This document shows, one piece after another, positions 8,512-17,091 of a DNA stretch of 64,000 nucleotides; positions within the stretch are counted from its first letter, which is position 1; every line of letters starts with the position of its first letter. Source of the DNA: Sandaracinaceae bacterium (GTDB lineage Bacteria > Myxococcota_A > Polyangia > Polyangiales > Sandaracinaceae); contig JBGAQA010000006.1 in the NCBI GenBank assembly GCA_044220955.1, positions 32,001 to 96,000 on the forward strand, read 5' to 3'. A program made the position numbers and the translations under genes. Under the pieces are notes generated by a model. It searched no databases, had not been told where the DNA came from, and worked only from the letters and a program-made list of their open reading frames with translations.

Positions 8512-9818
8512 TCAGTGCAGCACCGCGACGGGCGCGCGACGCGCCCGCGGCATTGCCCCGAACGCCCGCCGCGCGACCTCCGGCACCAGGGCGCCCGAGC
8601 GCATCTCGCTCATCCGGTCGAACACCCGGCGGTCGGCTCCGCGCTCCTCGCGCCACCTCCGCCGCAGCGTGCGGTGCTCCTCCGCGAGCTCGATCACCTT
8701 CGGGTGGTTCGCGACAACGACCAGCTCCTTCATTCCGACGGTCGACCTCTCGAAGTACGTCGCGAGGTCCCGTCGCATACGGCGCGCGAGCTCGACCTCG
8801 TCGTGGTCCTCGTGGGACTCGACCTTGCCTCGTCCTCCACCCGCGAGGACGCGAACGGTCAGCGGCAGCGCGATGGCCGCGTGGCACGCGTGACGGGTCG
8901 CGTCGTCGGTCTGCTTCGCCTCGGCCGCCGCGAGCGCCGCGTAGATCGCTCCGAGCGGGTCGAGCCCCACGAACCGCTCCGCGGCCTCGAGCGCCAGCCT
9001 GTATCGGCCGAGCGAGAGCAGGGCGGGCGCGCGGAGCTGGTCGGGCCAGTGGTCCGTCGGCGAGAGCGCGGTCATCTCCTCGGCGATGGCGAGCACGCGG
9101 GCGTGCTTGCCAAAAAAAACTCGTCGCTTCCGCGGTGCGGACGGCGTCCTCGCAGGATCTCCGCTGCGCGCGTGTAGTGCGCGACGGATGCCTCGCCCGC
9201 ACGACGTGCTCCCGCGTGGTCGCCGAGGCGAGCGTGTCCGTAGGCCCAGTCGGGGAACGCACGCACGAGGAGGCCGAGCAGCTCGTCGCTGGCGGCCGTG
9301 TCGTCCTCGCCCGCCAGCTCCTCGACGAGCTCGGACGCGAGCAGCGACGGCTGGGTCGCGCGACCGAGACGACCGAGCCCCGGTGCGCGCGCCGGTCTCG
9401 TGGAGTCGGCGCTAAGAAGCCCGTCGATCAGTGCACGGAGCGCACGGAGGTCGGGCGCGGAGTCGCTGATGAGCGTGCGCGCGTCCTTGTAGATCTCCGG
9501 GTCCACCGACGCGAGCGTGCCCGCGAGCGCCACGATCTCGTCCCGGAACGACGTCCCGACGCGCTTGGCCGAGTCCTCGCCCTCGGGGAGCTTCTCTGCG
9601 AGCGCGCGCACCCGACTTCGCAGCGCCTTCCAGTCGAAGCGCAGGTTGGGATGCGCGGCGCGGATCTGGTCGGGGATCCGCGGCCCTCGGAGGAAGTCGT
9701 CGGTCTCCGAGCGCGAATAGAACGTGTAGAGGATCTTCTGCTCGACGGCTCCACCGGCGGGCCGACGCACGCCGTGGACGATGAGCACCTGATCTCCGCG
9801 GGCACGAACGTAGGGCAT
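8512..9818 (-). pseudogene. TPR-like helical protein split by a frameshift at or near a T8 tract (9112-9119)
   Basis: ATG 9818 with AGGAG RBS (MPYVRARGDQVLIVHG..). ORF 9072..9878 and ORF 8512..9096 overlap, and the coding frame switches at GAG-TTTTTTTT-GGCAAG. Confidence 0.7.
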
Positions 9819-9836
9819 GGCGGCTCCTGGAGCCGA

Positions 9837-9868
9837 TGTTGTGTCACATACGCAAGTGCAACACAACA
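9837..9868. promoter_or_regulatory. Operator-like inverted repeat TGTTGTGT-N16-ACACAACA between divergent island genes
   Basis: 8-bp perfect arms, inner CAC/GTG, AT-rich context. Confidence 0.5.
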
Positions 9869-9973
9869 GTTGCCGCATCGGAGGGGCAGCGGCAGGCTCG
9901 CGGTCGCAACGAGACGGGCGCGGCGACCGCGCCGACGTGACACTCTCTGCCCGAATCGCCGAGAACGAACCTC

Positions 9974-10986
9974 ATGAAAAGGCGACCGAAGAGAGCGTCC
10001 GCGAAGTCGAAGAAAGTCTCATCGCTGGTGAGACAAACGTCGGCGAGCAAGTCGGTGCCGCGCACGGCTGCGAGCGCGCTCGCCCTGACCGACGAGGCCC
10101 GGTTCGCCGAGGTCGTCGACCTGATCGAGGCGGCACGTGGGCGGGCGTACCAGGCGGTGAACTCGGAACTCGTCACGCTGTACTGGCAGCTCGGGGCGTA
10201 CCTCATCCGACGTTGGCACAGAGGGGGAAGATCGAGAGCGCGGAGTGGGGTGACGGCGTCGTCGAGGAGCTCGCGGCCGTCCTCGCGCGGCGCTACCCGG
10301 GTCTGCGTGGCTTCGCGCGCCCGAACCTGTTCCGAATGCGCCAGTTCTACGAGGCGTACCGCGGGAACGAGAAAGTCTCGGCGCTGCTGAGACAATTGCC
10401 CTGGACCCACCACCTCATCGTCCTGAGCCAGGCGAGGCCCGAGGCGACGCGCGAACTCTACCTCCTCGCCGCCATCAAGGAGCGGTGGACCTCCCGCGAG
10501 CTCGAGCGGCAGATCCGCTCCGGGGCCGTGCTCCGCGGCGTGCTCGCGACGAAGAAACTGTCGCCAGCGGTGACACGGATCCATCCCGAGGCCGAGGCCG
10601 AGCTGAAGAACGCCTACAGCCTCGAGTTCCTCGGCCTCGCCGCGGAGCACTCGGAGCGCGACCTCCACGCCGCGCTGCTCCAGAACCTCGGCCGCTTCAT
10701 CACCGAGCTCGGCCGTGACTTCTGCTTCGTCGGCTCCGAGTACCCGGTCCAGGTCGGCAACCGGGACTTCGCGATCGACCTCGTGTTCTTCCACCGCGGG
10801 CTCGCCTGCCTCGTCGCCATCGAGCTCAAGGTCGGCGAGTTCGAGCCCGAGCACCTGGGCAAGCTGAGCTTCTACGTCGAGGCGCTCGACCGCGACGTGA
10901 AGAAGGCGCACGAGCGCCCGTCGATCGGCGTGCTCCTCTGCGCGAGCAAGGATGCCGAGGTCGTGGAGTACGCGCTCACGGGGTGA
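9974..10986 (+). pseudogene. yhcG: YhcG / DUF1016 PD-(D/E)XK nuclease family, frameshifted and probably 3'-truncated
   Basis: Frame 1 'AYQAVNSELVTLYWQLGAY', then frame 2 'KIESAEWGDGVV..LPWTHH..FAIDLVFFHR..AIELKVGEFEPEHLGKLSFY..EVVEYALTG*'. Switch at 10205-10227. Confidence 0.85.
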
Positions 10987-11038
10987 CCTCAACGCGAGCG
11001 ATCGATCCGCCCGCGGGGATGTTTGGGGTGGCTCGGGG

Positions 11039-11440
11039 CTACATCTTGCCGACCACCACTTCGGCGAGGGCATCGACGGCCGGGAGCCATCGCTCGGTGC
11101 CGTCCGCCGCGTTCGCCGTCTTCGTGCTGGTGAACACCCGTGCCGCGCGATCGTAGCGAAGCGAGACACTGCTTGCCTGGTTCACGTCGTGGTTCGGATA
11201 GACGACGAACTCGCAGTTCTTGCGGACGTAGGAGACCCAAACCAGCCCGTTCCCGGCTGATCGAGTTCGATGAAGGCCGAGCATCGGGCCCTCGTCCTTC
11301 ATCGCGCCCATCCCGACGGACCGAGCGAGCGCCTCGAGTTCGTTCAGCAGACCGACTGCCGCTTCGAGCTTCGCAGCCGCCTCAGCTTGGGGGTTCAGCT
11401 CTTCGATCGCATCGTTGAGCGTGTCGAGCGCCGTCTTCAT
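11039..11440 (-). CDS. Hypothetical protein (133 aa)
   Basis: Protein-like composition from MKTALDTLNDAIEEL; no recognised motif. Confidence 0.6.
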   Translation of the reverse strand: MKTALDTLNDAIEELNPQAEAAAKLEAAVGLLNELEALARSVGMGAMKDEGPMLGLHRTRSAGNGLVWVSYVRKNCEFVVYPNHDVNQASSVSLRYDRAARVFTSTKTANAADGTERWLPAVDALAEVVVGKM

Positions 11441-11670
11441 TGGTCGAACCGTAACACCGTCTGCCCCTACTGGTATCCCGACGCCTGAGCCCGTCGTCGC
11501 TGGCGTCGGTGCGTCGCGTCGCAGAACACCGATTCTGCGACTTTCGTGGGCCTGTACCTGACGGCCCGACGTCGCGGAAGACGCGACGATGAAGAGCACG
11601 CCCACGCTACCCGACGACCAATGGCGATTGGTAGTATTCTGACGCGATCGCGTTGGGGAAAGGGATCGCG

Positions 11671-12579
11671 ATGATCAGACAAGTCCTTCGATTCTCGATT
11701 CTTGGCGCGCTCGGGACACTCGCGGCCTGCGGCTCCGATGCGGGCACGCCGCCGGCGCCATCGGCGGCGGCACCGGCACCGACCACCGCGTCAGCGTCCC
11801 CCTCACCATCTGAGGTCGTGGACGCGGGACCGCCCGAGCCGCCGTCCCCCGCCGATCTCGCGGGCGCTGCTCTCGAGCATCACGACTTCTCGGCGGTCTG
11901 CGGCTTCCTCGTCAGCGAGGGGTTCGCGCAGAACGTGTGCGACTGGATCGCGGCGACAGCGGCCGGTGAGCATCCGTCGCTCTCGTCGCGCCAGCTCGAG
12001 ACCTTCATGCGGGCGCAGCATGTGCGGCGCGTCTCGGGCACCATCGTGGGTGACATCGGCCCGAACGAGTACGAGACACGCATCAGCGGCCGCCTCGCGA
12101 TCCTCACGACGACGGAGACCACGTTCACCACGACCGGCCACTTCTCGATGTGGGCCCAGCAGAACGGCACCAGCGAGGAGGACCTCGCGAGCGGCCGCAC
12201 CGTCGATGTCCCCATCTACCGCGAGTGGCTGCTGTTCGACTCGATCACCGGGATCGCTCGCGGGTCCCGCGACGATGCCGCCGAGCGCGCACAGGACGTC
12301 CTCGAGGAGCTCCTCGCCATGTGGACGATCGACTACTGCCGCACCGACGACGAGACGGGCGACTGCTGGGTCGATCCCGCGAGCGTCGATGCGGGCGTGG
12401 CCGCGGAGGGCGTCGATGCGGGCTTGCCGCCGGTGTCTGCCGCGAGGCGCCGCGAGTGCCGCGAACTGATCTGCTTCAACTACGTCGAGTGCCATCGCGC
12501 CGGGCTCCCGGCGTACGAGTGCGCGCCCGACCTCACACCAGAGTGTCGGCGCTGCCGTGCTGAGGGCGCGGTGCGCTGA
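11671..12579 (+). CDS. Hypothetical lipoprotein with Cys-rich C-terminus
   Basis: Lipobox LAAC; Pro/Ala linker; C-terminal cysteines. Confidence 0.75.
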   Translation: MIRQVLRFSILGALGTLAACGSDAGTPPAPSAAAPAPTTASASPSPSEVVDAGPPEPPSPADLAGAALEHHDFSAVCGFLVSEGFAQNVCDWIAATAAGEHPSLSSRQLETFMRAQHVRRVSGTIVGDIGPNEYETRISGRLAILTTTETTFTTTGHFSMWAQQNGTSEEDLASGRTVDVPIYREWLLFDSITGIARGSRDDAAERAQDVLEELLAMWTIDYCRTDDETGDCWVDPASVDAGVAAEGVDAGLPPVSAARRRECRELICFNYVECHRAGLPAYECAPDLTPECRRCRAEGAVR

Positions 12580-12622
12580 GATCCGAGGGCGTCACGCCCT
12601 CTTTTGCCGCCACGAGGAGTCC

Positions 12623-13420
12623 ATGTCCCTGCTCATACATCGCTGTCCGTCGCGTGGTCCCGTGCAGTCTTGGCGGCGCTTCTGGTGCTTGGCGGTTGCG
12701 CCGGGCTCGACCGCGCGGAGGCGGCCCGTCTGATCCAGGACGAGCACTTCGGTGCCGACGACGACCGACGCTCTCGTTCCACGTCCGCCCGGCCACGGCC
12801 GCCGCGTGTGCGCAGCACATGATCGCGTGGGCGGATTCCGACGAAGCCTCGTGCCTCGGGCCGCTCGCTCAGGTCGGTGTCGTCACCGCCTGCGGCTACG
12901 CGGAGATCGAGGGAGGCACGACAGCGCCGTCGGCCTGGGCGGTCCCGAGGACGCCTTCGATCGTGAACCTCGAGCCCGCCGACTGCGGCGGCTCCTACAG
13001 CGACTTCCTCCAGGAAGGGCGCGAGCGATTTCCGAACGACAGCGCTCGCAGAGACGCCTTGGTCTTCGTAGCGACCTCGCCGCGACCGCGATGGACCAGG
13101 CGACGTGCGAGGAGTTCATGACGAGGAGTCGCGCCGCCACGGCGTCCGACCCTCGCGGACACCCGCGCACGTTCATGCGAGCGCGCATGCCAGGCGCCCG
13201 ACGCTTCGGCGAGGTGACCGGCATCGCTGACGGCGCGGACGGCGTGAAGAACGTGGACTTCACGTGGACGACCGACCCGCAACGGATCCCGAGGATCACG
13301 CTGGGCGGGTGCGCGCTCGAGACTGGTGAGTCGCCGACAGCGGCGCCACAGAACTCGCGCGCCACGTTCCGCGACTACGACGACGGCTGGCGTATCGACA
13401 GCGTCGCGTGGGACGACTGA
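12623..13420 (+). pseudogene. Lipoprotein gene broken by 2-3 frameshifts
   Basis: AGGAG+ATG 12623. Lipobox 'LLVLGGC' (ORF 12604), middle part (ORF 12654) and C-terminus '..ATFRDYDDGWRIDSVAWDD' (ORF 12752) lie in successive different frames. Confidence 0.65.
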
Positions 13421-13540
13421 ACGCCGCGGGCGTTGGTCGTTGCCGAACGCCTTCGAGCGCGCCCATCCCGTGAGGACGGCCGGATGTGCGAGGGCGGGAT
13501 TTCTGGTCCCATCCGTCGCGATTTCGCCTCCGAAAACGAC

Positions 13541-13582
13541 GAATCCCGGGTGGCCAGGATCGCTCCTAACCACCCGGGATTC
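13541..13582 (-). terminator. Hairpin immediately downstream of tRNA-Leu
   Basis: GAATCCCGGGTGG..CCACCCGGGATTC 13-bp stem, followed on the minus strand by GTCGTTTT. Confidence 0.65.
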
Positions 13583-13590
13583 CTCACCTA

Positions 13591-13674
13591 TGCGGAAGAG
13601 AGGACTTGAACCTCCACGCCCTTGCGAGCGCTGGAACCTGAATCCAGTGCGTCTGCCAGTTCCGCCACTTCCGC
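13591..13674 (-). tRNA. tRNA-Leu(CAG)
   Basis: GCGGAAG/CTTCCGC acceptor; CTGGA-TTCAGGT-TCCAG anticodon arm; long variable arm; GGTTCAAGTCC. CCA not encoded. Confidence 0.97.
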
Positions 13675-13685
13675 GCGGGATGCGG

Positions 13686-13714
13686 TAGGTACGCAATCGG
13701 GGCCGACGCGTCAA
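13686..13714 (-). promoter_or_regulatory. sigma70-like promoter of tRNA-Leu
   Basis: TTGACG-N17-TACCTA just upstream of the tRNA. Confidence 0.5.
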
Positions 13715-13874
13715 GCCGGAGCGCGGCTAGGAAAAGTCTGCGTACTCCGTGCAGAGGATGCGAGGAGCCGACCCCGCCCGTACCTCTTTCCCCGTGGTCG
13801 CCCCCGGTCCAGACCCCGGCAGATCGCTGGTTTCGAATGCGATCCGGCCGAGCGGTCTGCCGTAGGATGGCGGA

Positions 13875-14507
13875 ATGCGAATTGCACTCGTGCCGTCCAC
13901 CGTGCGTTCCGTCCGCCAGAGCCGCCGTCGTTTCGCGGGCTTCACCCTGCTGGAGCTGATGATCGTCGTCGCGATCATCGGGATCACGGCCGCGCTCGCG
14001 GCCCCCGCGATCATGAACGCCATGGCCATCTCGCGGGCCGATCGCGCCAACCACGACATGATCCGACTCGTCCGCCACGCGCGCTCTCAGTCGATGGCGT
14101 TCGGACGGACCTACCTGCTGCACATGGTGACGACGGGGAACGGTCGCGCCGAGCTCTGGCAGGGCACGACCTCGGTCTGCCGCATGGAGAACTGGGCGAC
14201 GATCATGGCGACGGGCCCCTGCGCTGCCCCCGCGGTGCCCGGAGGCAACTGCGTCGACTACGTGGACGCGACCATGTACGACTCGGGGGTCCACCAGGTG
14301 CGCTTCACGTCGGTCGGCTCGGTCGACCTCTGCTTCCAGCCCAACGGCGAGGCGGTCCAGCGCGCGTCGAGCAGCACCGGCGCCTTCACGCTCCCGGTCA
14401 CGGGCTTCGCGCAGATCAACACCGAGCGTCTCGAGGGCGGCAGCGCGATCCCGCCCAACCGCGGCGTGATCATCCCCGTCGGTGCCGCGCCGAGGGCGCT
14501 GCGATGA
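13875..14507 (+). CDS. fimU: Type IV minor pilin, FimU/GspH-like
   Basis: Prepilin site G|FTLLELMIVVAIIG; 'ARSQSM' motif. Confidence 0.8.
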   Translation: MRIALVPSTVRSVRQSRRRFAGFTLLELMIVVAIIGITAALAAPAIMNAMAISRADRANHDMIRLVRHARSQSMAFGRTYLLHMVTTGNGRAELWQGTTSVCRMENWATIMATGPCAAPAVPGGNCVDYVDATMYDSGVHQVRFTSVGSVDLCFQPNGEAVQRASSSTGAFTLPVTGFAQINTERLEGGSAIPPNRGVIIPVGAAPRALR

Positions 14508-15121
14508 GCCGCCCGACGCGGGTCCCGGGCGCGAAGCGGCGCGCGCGCGCCGGCTACACGCTCATCGAAGTGATGATGGCGATCGCGATCATCACCGCGA
14601 GCTCCGTCGCGCTCGTGGGCCTTCAGGAGATCGTGGTGCGCGGCAACATGGACGCGCGCCAGATGACGACGGCCACGACGATCATCCGCACGACGCTGGA
14701 GCTCCTGCGCCTGGACGCGCTGAACTGGACGCAGTCGTACCCGTCCGCCGGGACCGTGATCTGGGGCGTCAACGCGCGCGGCTTCCTGCGCGACGTCCCG
14801 ACGGCGGCGGGCGCCGCCGCGCCGGCGTGGACGCCGTTCGGCACGACGATCGGGGCGCCCGAGCACGCGTACGACTACCAGGGCCGCGTCACCACCGTCG
14901 CGGCCGACATGTTCTACTGCGTCGAGACGCGCTACGCGTGGGTCTATCCCGGCCAGGCGCTGCGGGCCGACGTGCGCGTCTGGTGGGTCCGCCCCGGGCC
15001 ACTCGTCAACGCGGCCCTCTTCACGGGCTGCCCGACGCAGGGTTTGACGCTCAACACGGCGAACCTCCACTCCGCGCAGGGCACGACGGTGCTGCGCTAC
15101 ACGCCGCAGGGGCTGCCGTGA
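14504..15121 (+). CDS. pilV: Type IV minor pilin, PilV-like
   Basis: ATGA overlap; G|YTLIEVMMAIAII; position in cluster. Confidence 0.78.
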   Translation: MSRPTRVPGAKRRARAGYTLIEVMMAIAIITASSVALVGLQEIVVRGNMDARQMTTATTIIRTTLELLRLDALNWTQSYPSAGTVIWGVNARGFLRDVPTAAGAAAPAWTPFGTTIGAPEHAYDYQGRVTTVAADMFYCVETRYAWVYPGQALRADVRVWWVRPGPLVNAALFTGCPTQGLTLNTANLHSAQGTTVLRYTPQGLP

Positions 15122-16362
15122 GCCGGCGCGCACGCAAGCCGGGGCGCTCGGCGCGCGCCCGCAAGAGGGCTGGCTTCACGCTGCTCGAGCTCATGGTCGC
15201 CCTCGCGATCGGCACGCTCGTCGTGGCGACGATGTACACGCTGAGCGGCGCCTCGGCGCGCGCGTTCCAGACGCAGCAGCGCATCAGCCAGCTGCAGCTC
15301 CAGACGCGCTTGGCGCTCGAGCGCGTGCGGCGCGACGTCGCGGCGGCCGGCTTCGGTGGCACCCCGGACTCGCAGCGCGAGCGCATCTGCGGCACGGCCG
15401 GGATCACCACGCGCCTGCTCGCCGTGCAGCTCACGGATCACGATCCGGCCGCGACCGGCGCGCTCGCCACGATGACGGGCGCCGCCGCCGCCGCGACCCA
15501 CGGCGACCGCCTCCGGCTGCTCGGGAACTTCGCCACCTCGGACACCTACCTGATCGCGAACACGGGCTCGGCGAACGGGTCGTCGATCCTGCTGCAGAGC
15601 AACTGGCAGGCGTTCCGTCGCACGTTCGCGGCCGATCCGCTCGGCACGACGGTGGACAGCTCGCTCTTCCAGCAGGTGTTCGCGACGGGCCGCGTGCTGC
15701 ACATCACGCACCCGCGCGGCTATCACTTCTTCACCGTCGTGCAGAGCTCGTCGGTGGACTCGGCCGGCCGCACGCCGAGCATCTCGGTCAGCCCGCCGCT
15801 GCCCTCGCTCGACGAGTGCAACTTCTCGCTCTGCGTGGGCTGCCAGGTGACGCCGCTGATGATGGTCGAGTACGGCATCGATACCGCGGCCAACGTGCTC
15901 GGCGCCGGCACGGGCCTGGTCGGCAACGACCCGCTCGTCACGGGGACCAACACGGTGCTCTACCGGCGAGAGCTCGATCCCGCGACGGGCACCCCGATCG
16001 CGGGGCAGACGGCGCGCGTCGTGCTCGAGTACGCCGTCGACTTCGAGGTGATGGCGATCTACGACCAGGCGCCGGTGGGGAACCCGCCACGCCTCTCGCC
16101 GCCCGTCGCGGCCATCCCCGTCGGGCTCGAGTCGCGCGTACGCGCGCTCACGGTGTCCATCGCGGGGCGGACGTCCGACATCGACCCCACCTATCCGTTC
16201 CCGTACGCGGGGATCCGCAACGCCACCATCAACCCGGTGACGGGCTTCGCCATCGATCCGCTGACGGCGTTCCCGGTGTTCAACGACCGTCCCGGCTCGG
16301 CGCGGGTCCGGACGGCGATGGCAGAGTTCGTGCTGGAGAACCTCGCGCTCCGAGGGCTGTGA
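15118..16362 (+). CDS. pilW: Type IV minor pilin, PilW-like
   Basis: GTGA overlap; G|FTLLELMVALAIG; 'RRDVAAAGFG' motif. Confidence 0.8.
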   Translation: MSRRARKPGRSARARKRAGFTLLELMVALAIGTLVVATMYTLSGASARAFQTQQRISQLQLQTRLALERVRRDVAAAGFGGTPDSQRERICGTAGITTRLLAVQLTDHDPAATGALATMTGAAAAATHGDRLRLLGNFATSDTYLIANTGSANGSSILLQSNWQAFRRTFAADPLGTTVDSSLFQQVFATGRVLHITHPRGYHFFTVVQSSSVDSAGRTPSISVSPPLPSLDECNFSLCVGCQVTPLMMVEYGIDTAANVLGAGTGLVGNDPLVTGTNTVLYRRELDPATGTPIAGQTARVVLEYAVDFEVMAIYDQAPVGNPPRLSPPVAAIPVGLESRVRALTVSIAGRTSDIDPTYPFPYAGIRNATINPVTGFAIDPLTAFPVFNDRPGSARVRTAMAEFVLENLALRGL

Positions 16363-16363
16363 C

Positions 16364-17065
16364 ATGTCGTCCAACCGCAAACACCCGACCCGCAGCTCTC
16401 GAGACCGCAGGCACGCCTCCCGGCGCGAGGGCGCCGTCATGCTCGTCGTGATGCTGGTGGTGCTGATGGTGACCGCGACGGGCATGTTCGCCGTGTACTC
16501 GACGACCTACGAGCTGCGCTCCGCCGGCACCTTCCGCCAGGCGATGCAGACGCAGTACGTCGCCGAGGGCGGCGTCTCGACCGGCATGGCGCTCATCGAC
16601 ACGATGGGCGCGGGCAGCATCGATCTCGCGATGCAGCGCGTGCCCGTCGCCGCGGGCCGGCAGTTCGCACGCGAGGAGCCGGCGTACGGCCAGTCGACGC
16701 CGCACTTCCGCGTGTACATGGCGGACTTCACCACGCTGCCGAGCGTCGTCGCGCAGCCCGTCGAGGGCAACGTCGCCGCGTCGGGTGGCTCGTCACTCGG
16801 CTCGGCGCTCGCGTACGGGCCCGACTTCCTGATCGACATGGACGACTCGTATCGCCCTGGTCGATCGATCGCGGGCATGAGCGTGACCGGCGACTCGCCG
16901 GTGTCCTATCGCGTCTGGACCATCACGTCGCGCGGGCGAACGCGTCCGCCGACGGGGCAGGACACCCTGACGCCGGGCGAGTCCGCGCTCGCGACGCAGC
17001 TCCAGCGCGGGAGCCACGAGACGGCGATGAACGCGCGCGCCGTCGTCTTGTCAGGGCCGATGTGA
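16364..17065 (+). CDS. pilX: Type IV minor pilin, PilX-like
   Basis: G|AVMLVVMLVVL without Glu5; 'QYVAEGG' motif. Confidence 0.8.
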   Translation: MSSNRKHPTRSSRDRRHASRREGAVMLVVMLVVLMVTATGMFAVYSTTYELRSAGTFRQAMQTQYVAEGGVSTGMALIDTMGAGSIDLAMQRVPVAAGRQFAREEPAYGQSTPHFRVYMADFTTLPSVVAQPVEGNVAASGGSSLGSALAYGPDFLIDMDDSYRPGRSIAGMSVTGDSPVSYRVWTITSRGRTRPPTGQDTLTPGESALATQLQRGSHETAMNARAVVLSGPM

Positions 17066-17091
17066 AGCAGCCGTCTCGAGGAGGAGCCCCC

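Larger units (their letters stand above)
5946..13642. mobile_element. Degenerate genomic island integrated at tRNA-Leu(CAG); no integrase visible
   Basis: Flanking tRNA-derived direct repeat; accessory cargo (HNH, NUDIX, YhcG); clustered frameshifts; visibly more A/T-rich stretches. Confidence 0.8.

Noticed and set aside
5981..13590. Prophage or integron interpretation of the island
   Set aside because: No integrase, structural phage genes or repeated attC-like sites are visible.
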